Positions 56,931 through 64,000 of a DNA stretch of 64,000 bases are shown in pieces (positions within the stretch are counted from its first letter, which is position 1; the number at the start of each line of letters is the position of its first letter). The notes beneath the pieces are model-generated. The model worked only from the letters and a program-made list of their open reading frames with translations. It was not told the DNA's origin and ran no database searches. The stretch lies in NCBI GenBank assembly GCA_052389635.1, contig JBQTHS010000095.1:9-64008 (forward strand). Reading direction: 5' to 3'. This DNA comes from Bacteroidota bacterium (GTDB taxonomy: Bacteria > Bacteroidota > Bacteroidia > Chitinophagales > Chitinophagaceae). The position numbers were made by a program, and so were the translations under genes.

Positions 56931-58415
56931 ATGGTTCCCGTTTTATTGATAATAATACCATTAGTTGCCGGCCTGGCGGCTTTCTTTCTGAAAAATGAGA
57001 AGACAGTCCGGTTATGGGCGCTGTTTTCCGCTGTTGCCACATTGGCTGTTTCAGTGCTGGGGTTAACCTTATTAAATGAAGGGAAATACCTGGAACATAG
57101 CGCTGAGTGGCTGGCTGCGCTCAACAGCAGTTTTTCAGTGAAGCTGGACGGAATGGGCCAGCTGCTTTGCCTGCTGAATGCGGTGGCTTATCCATTGGTC
57201 ATTCTTTCAACCTGGGGAAATTCCTATAAGAAAGCCCATAATTTTTTCGCCCTGATGATGCTGGCGCAGGCGGGAATGATGGGGGTCTTTGTTGCCAGTG
57301 ATGCGCTGCTGTTTTATTTCTTCTGGGAACTGGCGCTGATACCCATGTATTTTCTCTGTTCGCAGTGGGGCGGTGAGAAAAGGATACCCGTTACTTTCAA
57401 ATTCTTTATCTACACATTTGTGGGTTCCCTGCTGATGTTAATTGGTATTATCTTGCTGCAGTCAAAAACATCCGGCCAGTCTTTTTCCTTAGAGGCTTTT
57501 TACAATCTTAGCCTGTCCGGAAAACAGCAACAGTGGGTGTTCTGGCTGTTCTTTGTCGCATTCGCAATCAAGATGCCGGTGTTTCCTTTTCATACCTGGC
57601 AACCGGATACGTATGAACAGGCGCCACCAGCTACTACCATGATACTAAGCGGGGTGATGGTAAAGATGGGGCTGTTTGGTATGCTCCGCTGGCTGTTTCC
57701 TGTACTGCCCATTGCATCATTTCAATGGGCGGATTTTATTACCCCGCTTGCATTGATCGGTGCTTTATACGCAGCGTTGATCGCTATCCGGCAGGATGAT
57801 CTGAAAAGATTGGTGGCTTACTCGTCCATTGCACACATAGGCCTGATGTGTGCGGCTGCATTTGCACAGAACACAGCCGGCTTCCAGGGTTTGATGATAC
57901 AGATGTTCAATCATGGAATTAACATCATTGGTCTCTGGATAGTGGTGGACATAACAGAAAGACAATTCAGGACAAGAAAGATTTCTGAACTCGGCGGTAT
58001 TGCGGGCAAGGCCCCTGCATTGGCCATGATGCTGGTCATCATTGCGCTGGCTAATATTGCGTTGCCATTGACTAATGCTTTTCCGGGAGAATTTCTGATG
58101 TTCAGCGGCATTTTCAGTTCCGCAACAGTATATAATGTCTGGTTCACAGTATTGGCAGGGCTGGGCATTATCCTCGGCGCTGTTTATACCTTGAATATGA
58201 TCAGGAAAGTTTTTTACGGGGATACCAACGGGCTGACACAATCTGCAAAAGATATTTCCCGGAACAGGAAACTGGCGCTCGGGATAATTGTCCTCGTCAT
58301 ATTTGTACTGGGTGTTTACCCACAACTGATGCTGGATGAAACAGCACAGGCGGCAGGCGCCCTTAATGAAAAATTTGATTTTGTCCGGCAAAGCCTGCTG
58401 GAGCAAAGGAAGTAG
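56931..58415 (+). CDS. nuoM: NADH-quinone oxidoreductase subunit M
   Basis: Motifs FAIKMPVFPFHTW, KRLVAYSSIAH and FPGEF. The start was moved to ATG 56931. Confidence 0.96.
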   Translation: MVPVLLIIIPLVAGLAAFFLKNEKTVRLWALFSAVATLAVSVLGLTLLNEGKYLEHSAEWLAALNSSFSVKLDGMGQLLCLLNAVAYPLVILSTWGNSYKKAHNFFALMMLAQAGMMGVFVASDALLFYFFWELALIPMYFLCSQWGGEKRIPVTFKFFIYTFVGSLLMLIGIILLQSKTSGQSFSLEAFYNLSLSGKQQQWVFWLFFVAFAIKMPVFPFHTWQPDTYEQAPPATTMILSGVMVKMGLFGMLRWLFPVLPIASFQWADFITPLALIGALYAALIAIRQDDLKRLVAYSSIAHIGLMCAAAFAQNTAGFQGLMIQMFNHGINIIGLWIVVDITERQFRTRKISELGGIAGKAPALAMMLVIIALANIALPLTNAFPGEFLMFSGIFSSATVYNVWFTVLAGLGIILGAVYTLNMIRKVFYGDTNGLTQSAKDISRNRKLALGIIVLVIFVLGVYPQLMLDETAQAAGALNEKFDFVRQSLLEQRK

Positions 58416-58417
58416 TT

Positions 58418-59791
58418 ATGAACGTATTAATAATATCAGCTGTATTGGGTGTATTAATGATGTTCAGCAGCTTCCTGCTGAAGAGCAGGGCAGCTGTGCG
58501 CAACCTCGCCATTGCCGGGATGGCGCTGTTGCTGCTGTCAAATATCCTGGAAATCTGCGGCACCAGGCTCTTTGAGGTGAATACTTATGGCATGATTTAT
58601 TTTGACCGGTTTGCACTCCTGTTCAATACGGTCGCAGTATTTTCCACATTCGTTTACCTGATGCTTTCAGCAAGGGATATGGAAAAAGTGGGCATCAACT
58701 ATGCCGAGTATTTTGCCCTCCTCTTTTTTATCATCTGCGGCATCACCCTTGTTTCTTCTTTCAAATCACTGTTGATACTTTTCCTCGGTATCGAAATCAT
58801 TTCCATCCCGCTTTATATCCTTACAGGCAGTGATAAACGGAACCTGAAAAGCAACGAGGCATCGCTGAAGTATTTCCTGCTCGGAGCTTTTTCAACAGGC
58901 CTCATGCTGATGGGCATCGCCATGGTCTATGGCGTTATGGGATCTTTTTCCAGTAATATCCGGTTAGGTGAAGGCCAGGGCCCCAACGCATTGCTAATTG
59001 GCGGTATCCTGCTGCTGCTTTTCTCCATGTCGTTCAAGGCATCGCTGGCGCCTTTCCATTTCTGGACACCTGATGTATATGACGGGGCCCCCACCGTATT
59101 CACCTCTTTCATGGCCACCATTGTAAAAGCAGCGGTTTTCATTGCATTTATCCGCCTGTTTGGCGATGGCTTCGGAATCCTGCATCCCCAATGGCAGCTT
59201 ATTGTGGCCCTCATCACAGTTGCCACACTCTTTATTGGTAATATAACCGCCGTTTTCCAGCAAAGTGTGAAAAGAATGCTGGCCTACTCCAGTATTGCAC
59301 AGGCTGGTTTTATGATGCTGGCTTTGTTTGCCATGAATACAGAAGCGAAGGAAGGCCTGCTGCTTTACACAGTCGCATACAGCTTCGCCACCATCGGAAT
59401 TTTTGCTGTACTGATAAAAATGAGCGACTATACCTTCAGTGGGTTTAACGGGTTTGCAAAACATCAGCCTTTGCTGGCAGCCACCACCACCATTTTCCTT
59501 TTATCCTTGGCTGGTATTCCGCTTACTGCAGGCTTCCTTTCCAAATTTTATATGCTGAAAGCAGCACTTGCTGCAGATAAAACACTTTGGTTGGTGATTT
59601 TTGCTGTACTGATGGCTGCTATCTCCGTTTACTATTACTTCCGGGTGATACAGGCCATGTATTTTAAAGAAGGGGACGATCCTAAAATACAGACCAGTCC
59701 TGCTTTCAAATGGACACTGGTATTTCTTGCTGCGGCGATAATACTGCTGGGGATATTCCCAAACCTTTTGCTGAACTGGATGTATTTCTGA
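58418..59791 (+). CDS. nuoN: NADH-quinone oxidoreductase subunit N
   Basis: Motifs EASLKYF, PFHFWTPDVYDGAP, KRMLAYSSIAQ and LAGIPLTAGF. Confidence 0.96.
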   Translation: MNVLIISAVLGVLMMFSSFLLKSRAAVRNLAIAGMALLLLSNILEICGTRLFEVNTYGMIYFDRFALLFNTVAVFSTFVYLMLSARDMEKVGINYAEYFALLFFIICGITLVSSFKSLLILFLGIEIISIPLYILTGSDKRNLKSNEASLKYFLLGAFSTGLMLMGIAMVYGVMGSFSSNIRLGEGQGPNALLIGGILLLLFSMSFKASLAPFHFWTPDVYDGAPTVFTSFMATIVKAAVFIAFIRLFGDGFGILHPQWQLIVALITVATLFIGNITAVFQQSVKRMLAYSSIAQAGFMMLALFAMNTEAKEGLLLYTVAYSFATIGIFAVLIKMSDYTFSGFNGFAKHQPLLAATTTIFLLSLAGIPLTAGFLSKFYMLKAALAADKTLWLVIFAVLMAAISVYYYFRVIQAMYFKEGDDPKIQTSPAFKWTLVFLAAAIILLGIFPNLLLNWMYF

Positions 59792-59792
59792 T

Positions 59793-59908
59793 GGTCTGAC
59801 GGTCCCCCTCTGACCGGTTATTGATATGGTCTGGCCGTCTCGGTCTGACCAATTGCCAGTTATTATCTTTGTAAACAAGTCTGACGGTCCCCGTCTGACT
59901 TGTTTACA
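59793..59908. repeat. Three copies of a GTCTGAC-N-GTCTGAC hairpin repeat, with a -7 box TATCTTTG at 59864-59871
   Basis: GGTCTGACGGTCCCCCTCTGACC, TGGTCTGGCCGTCTCGGTCTGACCA and TGTAAACAAGTCTGACGGTCCCCGTCTGACTTGTTTACA. Confidence 0.8.
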
Positions 59909-59910
59909 AC

Positions 59911-61188
59911 ATGAACTCCCGTGATATCTTCTCATTAGCTTTCCGCACCGTCCGCAGTAATAAACTAAGGACAGGGCTCACTGTTTCTATTATCGCCTTC
60001 GGCATCATGGCGCTGATTGGCATCATCACGGCTATCAAAGCCATGAACCAGAAATTCACCGAAAGTTTCTCTACCATGGGGGCCAATGCTTTTACTGTGC
60101 GGTATAAGGAAAGAAATATCCGCTTTGGAAATGATAATAATGACGAAGTAAAACTTTCAAAGAAAGGAAAGCGGAAGGAAAAAAAATCGAGCCTCGGCAA
60201 GCGCATTACCAAAGACGAAGCAGAATATTTTGTACAGCGCTATGATTTTCCGGCGCTGAAAGGCATTTCCATTTTTGGCAACCGTAACAATATCATTGCC
60301 CATGAAACCCGAAAGACAAGCCCCAATGTATTGTTGTTTGGAGGAGATGAAAATTACCTGCAGCTGAACGGCTTTACCCTGCTGCTGGGCCGGAACCTGA
60401 ACCGGCTGGATGTACTGTCGGGCAGGAATGTGTGCCTGCTGGGATATGATGTGGCAAAAAAACTGTTTAAGGAAGGAGTAGAACGGGCCGTCAACTCGGT
60501 TATCCGTGTTAACAATATTCCCTACCGGGTGTTAGGGATATTGGAAAGCCGTGGTTCTTCTTTTGGCTTCAGCCGGGACAATGTGGTCATCTCCACTTAC
60601 AGCAATGTGGACAAAAATTTCCCCTCCGGTTTTTCTTTTGTGATCGGTGTAATGACCAGCGATTTGCTGAAAGTAACCGAAGCGATGGGAGAGGCAGAAG
60701 GTATTTTCCGGGGGGTGCGCAAACTGAACACTACGGAGGAAAGCAATTTTGTGATAGACCGCAGCGACAGTGTTGCAGAGAAAGCCATGAAAAGCCTGCG
60801 TTTTCTTACCGTGTCCGCCACGGTCATCGGTCTTATCACATTAATTGGCGCTGCCATCGGGCTGATGAACATTATGCTGGTGGCAGTTTCTGAAAGAACC
60901 CGTGAAGTGGGACTGGTAAAAGCCATCGGGGGCAAGAGCCGGATGGTGAGCCGTCAGTTTTTGCTGGAAGCAATCATCATAAGTGTGCTGGGAGCCCTGT
61001 TCGGCATCATACTGGGGGTGATGGTGGGCAACCTGTTCTCCATTGTTTTAAATACAGGTTTTGTGGTGCCATGGACCTGGGTGCTTTATGGCATCATCAT
61101 TTGTACACTGGTGGGTCTGCTGGCGGGGTTATATCCGGCGCTCAAAGCAGGACGGCTGAACCCTATTGAAGCGCTTCGCTACGAGTAA
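59911..61188 (+). CDS. ABC transporter permease (MacB/FtsX family)
   Basis: MacB periplasmic core; motifs GLMNIMLVAVSERTREVG and LNPIEALRYE. Confidence 0.92.
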   Translation: MNSRDIFSLAFRTVRSNKLRTGLTVSIIAFGIMALIGIITAIKAMNQKFTESFSTMGANAFTVRYKERNIRFGNDNNDEVKLSKKGKRKEKKSSLGKRITKDEAEYFVQRYDFPALKGISIFGNRNNIIAHETRKTSPNVLLFGGDENYLQLNGFTLLLGRNLNRLDVLSGRNVCLLGYDVAKKLFKEGVERAVNSVIRVNNIPYRVLGILESRGSSFGFSRDNVVISTYSNVDKNFPSGFSFVIGVMTSDLLKVTEAMGEAEGIFRGVRKLNTTEESNFVIDRSDSVAEKAMKSLRFLTVSATVIGLITLIGAAIGLMNIMLVAVSERTREVGLVKAIGGKSRMVSRQFLLEAIIISVLGALFGIILGVMVGNLFSIVLNTGFVVPWTWVLYGIIICTLVGLLAGLYPALKAGRLNPIEALRYE

Positions 61189-61426
61189 AAACCGGCGAAA
61201 CCGTTTGCGGTTAAAATCTCCGGTGCGACCCTGAATTTCTTATCAAATTATTAATCAGGGACTTGTTTCGTTTAAAAAAATCCTTACCTTGACCCTTCTG
61301 TCTGACAAGGAATTGCCCGGGGCAAAAATTGAAGGATGGGGATTTTTGTATAATCTTTTTTCTTAGCATTGTACAAACTAACAGGACCAACATATCTAAC
61401 ATTTCAAAAACTAAAAACACAAGATC

Positions 61427-62281
61427 ATGGCAGAGATTAAACCAACTGCATCAGTTAAGGCTACATCTGTTCAACCCAAAAAAAGCAGCAATTCCATTTC
61501 CTGGATCGCTCCGGTTGTATGTTTGATTGCCGGTTATCTTATATGGCGTTTTATCATGGGTGACGCCAATGGATTTAAAGAGCCCTCTTCCAGCGGTGGT
61601 TTCTGGCCCAAGCACCACAAACCCAAGGATGCCCTGCATGGTATTTATGAAGGAGGAATTATCATTCCATTTTTGATTGGTATGCTCTTGATGGTAATAG
61701 TATTTTCCATCGAACGTTACCTCACCATCCGTAAGGCAATGGGAAATGGATCTATTTCCGATTTCATCCGCAAAGTGCAGTATCATCTTGCCAACCGCAA
61801 TGTGGATGCCGCATTGTCTGAGTGCGACAAGCAAAAAGGTTCTGTAGGAAACGTAATGAAAGCAGGTCTCCGCCGGTACAAAGAAATGATCAATGAAGGA
61901 GGTCTCGGCACCGACCAGAAAGTTCTGTCCATCCAGAAAGAAGTGGAAGAAGCCACAGCCCTTGAACTGCCCATGCTGCAGAAAAACCTGGTTTTCCTTT
62001 CCACTATCACATCTGTAGGTACACTTGTCGCCCTGTTGGGTACGGTATTGGGTATGATACGTTCATTCGCTGCACTGGGTGAAGAAGGTGGTGCCGGAGC
62101 AGCTGGCGACCTGGCTGTTGGTATCTCCGAGGCCCTGTATAACACGGCCCTCGGTATCGGTACATCCGCCGTGGCGCTTATCATGTATAACATATTTACG
62201 ACCAAGATAGACTCGATCACTTATGGCATAGATGAATCAGGTTTCACCCTGACCCAGAGCTTCGCTTCCCTGTACAAATAA
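61427..62281 (+). CDS. exbB: MotA/TolQ/ExbB proton channel protein
   Basis: Motifs LLGTVLGMIRSF and GISEALYNTALG. Confidence 0.92.
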   Translation: MAEIKPTASVKATSVQPKKSSNSISWIAPVVCLIAGYLIWRFIMGDANGFKEPSSSGGFWPKHHKPKDALHGIYEGGIIIPFLIGMLLMVIVFSIERYLTIRKAMGNGSISDFIRKVQYHLANRNVDAALSECDKQKGSVGNVMKAGLRRYKEMINEGGLGTDQKVLSIQKEVEEATALELPMLQKNLVFLSTITSVGTLVALLGTVLGMIRSFAALGEEGGAGAAGDLAVGISEALYNTALGIGTSAVALIMYNIFTTKIDSITYGIDESGFTLTQSFASLYK

Positions 62282-62342
62282 TTGGAGCGAAAGGATATGG
62301 AAATACGCAAAAAATTCATCTAAAATGTAAATAAAAAACATT

Positions 62343-63008
62343 ATGCCAAGTGTAAAGCTGCCAAGGAAGAGTACGGATACGGACATGACCCCTTTTGTGG
62401 ACATAGCCTTCCTGATCCTTTCCTTTTTTATCATGGCTACCAAGTTCAAACCACCCGAGCCGGTGGAGATTAAGACACCTGCTTCTGTTTTGGCACAAAA
62501 ATTACCGGAGAACAATGCGGTATTGATCACCATTGATTCCAGCAACCGGGTTTTCTTTTCTGTTCTTTCCGAAAAGGATGATTCCAAACATAACGCCGTT
62601 ATTAACAGTATCAATACGAGCCAGAGTCTTGGACTGAGCCCGGCCGAAATTGCCAATTTCAGGAAGACCTATATGGTGGGGGTGCCTTTTGGAGGTCTGA
62701 AGCAATTGCTTGCAACAGATCACAGGGAACAGGGGGCATTGAGGCAAACGGGTATCCCGGTGCTTGACTCCACCAATAACCAGTTGATATGGTGGATAAG
62801 AGCAGCCAAGGAAGCTTTTGCCGGTCAAAGAGGCTTTAAATACCTGATCAAGGGTGATGGAAGTTCCAAGTACCCGACTTTTGAAGCGGTGATTAGTGCA
62901 TTGAAAAAGAATGAAGAGTTTAAATATAACCTTGTTACAGCGTTGGACGATGCCCCCTCAGGGTCGGAGTTTGACAAAACAAAATATTTTAAACCGGAAG
63001 AGAATTGA
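62343..63008 (+). CDS. exbD: ExbD/TolR family protein
   Basis: DMTPFVDIAFLILSFF. Confidence 0.92.
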   Translation: MPSVKLPRKSTDTDMTPFVDIAFLILSFFIMATKFKPPEPVEIKTPASVLAQKLPENNAVLITIDSSNRVFFSVLSEKDDSKHNAVINSINTSQSLGLSPAEIANFRKTYMVGVPFGGLKQLLATDHREQGALRQTGIPVLDSTNNQLIWWIRAAKEAFAGQRGFKYLIKGDGSSKYPTFEAVISALKKNEEFKYNLVTALDDAPSGSEFDKTKYFKPEEN

Positions 63009-63035
63009 TTTATTTACAATAAAAACTATTAGTAT

Positions 63036-63674
63036 ATGGCAAGTATTGATGCCGGCGGTGGCGACAGTGGCCACAAAAAAGGCCCGGGGGTGAAGAAAGC
63101 CAAGAAACTTTCTACCCGTGTGGACATGACCCCCATGGTGGACCTCGGTTTCCTGCTGATCACATTTTTTGTATTCACAGCTACCATGAGCTCCCCCACC
63201 ACTCTGGACCTGAACATGCCAAAGGATGTGGATGATCCCACCAAGAAAACAGAGGTAAAGGAATCAGCTGTGTTAACGGTCCTGTTGGGCAAAGACAACC
63301 ATATTTATTATTACGAAGGGCCTCTTGAAGTAACAGAAGGGAAGAATAACTTCAAAAGTTCTACTTACAAAGAAATCCGGCAGGTGATAATAAACAAGAA
63401 GAATGAAGTAAAAAAGAATTTCAACGAGGCCAAGGCTGATCCCAAGGCCTGTGAAGACGAAAAAAAAGCTGCTAAAAAAAGAGGAGACCCCAACTGGGAA
63501 AAAGCATGTGAGGACATTGACTTTATGGTGATCATAAAACCCAGCCCCAATGCTACTTACAAGAACACGGTAGATATCCTGGATGAAATGACCATCAACC
63601 AGGTGAAGCGCTATGCGATGGTAAAAGTATTGAAAGAAGAAATGGAACTGATCGTAGCCACGGAAGGGCAATAA
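63036..63674 (+). CDS. exbD: Second ExbD/TolR family protein
   Basis: Motifs VDMTPMVDLGFLLITFF and VDILDEM. Confidence 0.92.
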   Translation: MASIDAGGGDSGHKKGPGVKKAKKLSTRVDMTPMVDLGFLLITFFVFTATMSSPTTLDLNMPKDVDDPTKKTEVKESAVLTVLLGKDNHIYYYEGPLEVTEGKNNFKSSTYKEIRQVIINKKNEVKKNFNEAKADPKACEDEKKAAKKRGDPNWEKACEDIDFMVIIKPSPNATYKNTVDILDEMTINQVKRYAMVKVLKEEMELIVATEGQ

Positions 63675-63742
63675 GCTCTTTTTTAACCGCCTTGTACTCT
63701 ATGGAAAAATTGAAAATGAGCATCTAATAAAAAAATTAAGTA

Positions 63743-64000
63743 ATGGAAGCCAACAAAATTCTGTCAGCTGATCTTCTGGACTTGGTCTTCGAAGGCCGGA
63801 ACAAAGATTACGGCGCCTATGAACTGCGGAAGACCTATAACCGCCGCATTACCCGTGCCCTCATCATCACGGCTTCGCTGGCGGCCCTCGCCCTGGGAGG
63901 TTCCATCCTTTCCAGCGCTATAAAGGGTAAGGGAGACAAGAAGCTCAAGCAAACGGAGATGACCATACAGGATATCAAGCAGGAAGAAAAGAAAGAACCG
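63743..64000 (+). CDS. tonB: Energy transducer TonB, N-terminal part (3' truncated by the window edge)
   Basis: MEANKILSADLLDLVFEGRNKDYGAYELRKTY followed by a TM helix; the frame is open to the edge. Confidence 0.88.
   Translation, partial: MEANKILSADLLDLVFEGRNKDYGAYELRKTYNRRITRALIITASLAALALGGSILSSAIKGKGDKKLKQTEMTIQDIKQEEKKEP

Noticed and set aside
59793-59908. Possible mini-CRISPR array
   Set aside because: There are only three degenerate copies of unequal length, the gaps are about 11 and 18 bp, and no cas genes are present.
1-64000. tRNA, rRNA, prophage, IS transposase or defence operon
   Set aside because: None was recognised in the ORFs or spacers. This was a visual scan, so small ncRNAs could have been missed.

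Overview
A gene-dense, mostly housekeeping segment of a Bacteroidota chromosome, probably Chitinophagaceae. Evidence for the phylum: TAnnTTTG -7 promoter boxes, a short RpoD, SusC/SusD and a T9SS C-terminal domain. The family assignment is from recalled protein similarity, not a search. In order: the end of a CRP/FNR regulator with two Hsp20 genes and a hemerythrin-like gene carrying FNR-type boxes; peptidases; rpoD-ffh-rpsP-rimM-dinB; LptF/G; a T9SS cargo protein; an Rrf2-led sulfate assimilation and methionine cluster; RNA modification genes; a thiolase; a susCD-lipoprotein unit; hisS; tonB-SBP-TPR; a complete nuoA-N operon; an ABC permease; exbB-exbD-exbD-tonB. I found no tRNA, rRNA, CRISPR, transposase or prophage. 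The unexplained layer is in the spacers. Nine of the 13 nuo junctions, and several junctions elsewhere, carry short-period (7-10 bp) tandem arrays or C/G-rich hairpins. These often occur as inverted left/right pairs that begin at a stop codon and end at the next start or promoter. One pair encloses a four-helix-bundle gene, one is empty, and one encloses rimM. Heptad arrays also sit in frame inside hisS, a pseudouridine synthase and a phosphatase. Product names come from recognised motifs; no database search was run. Several start codons were moved from the ORF track by eye.
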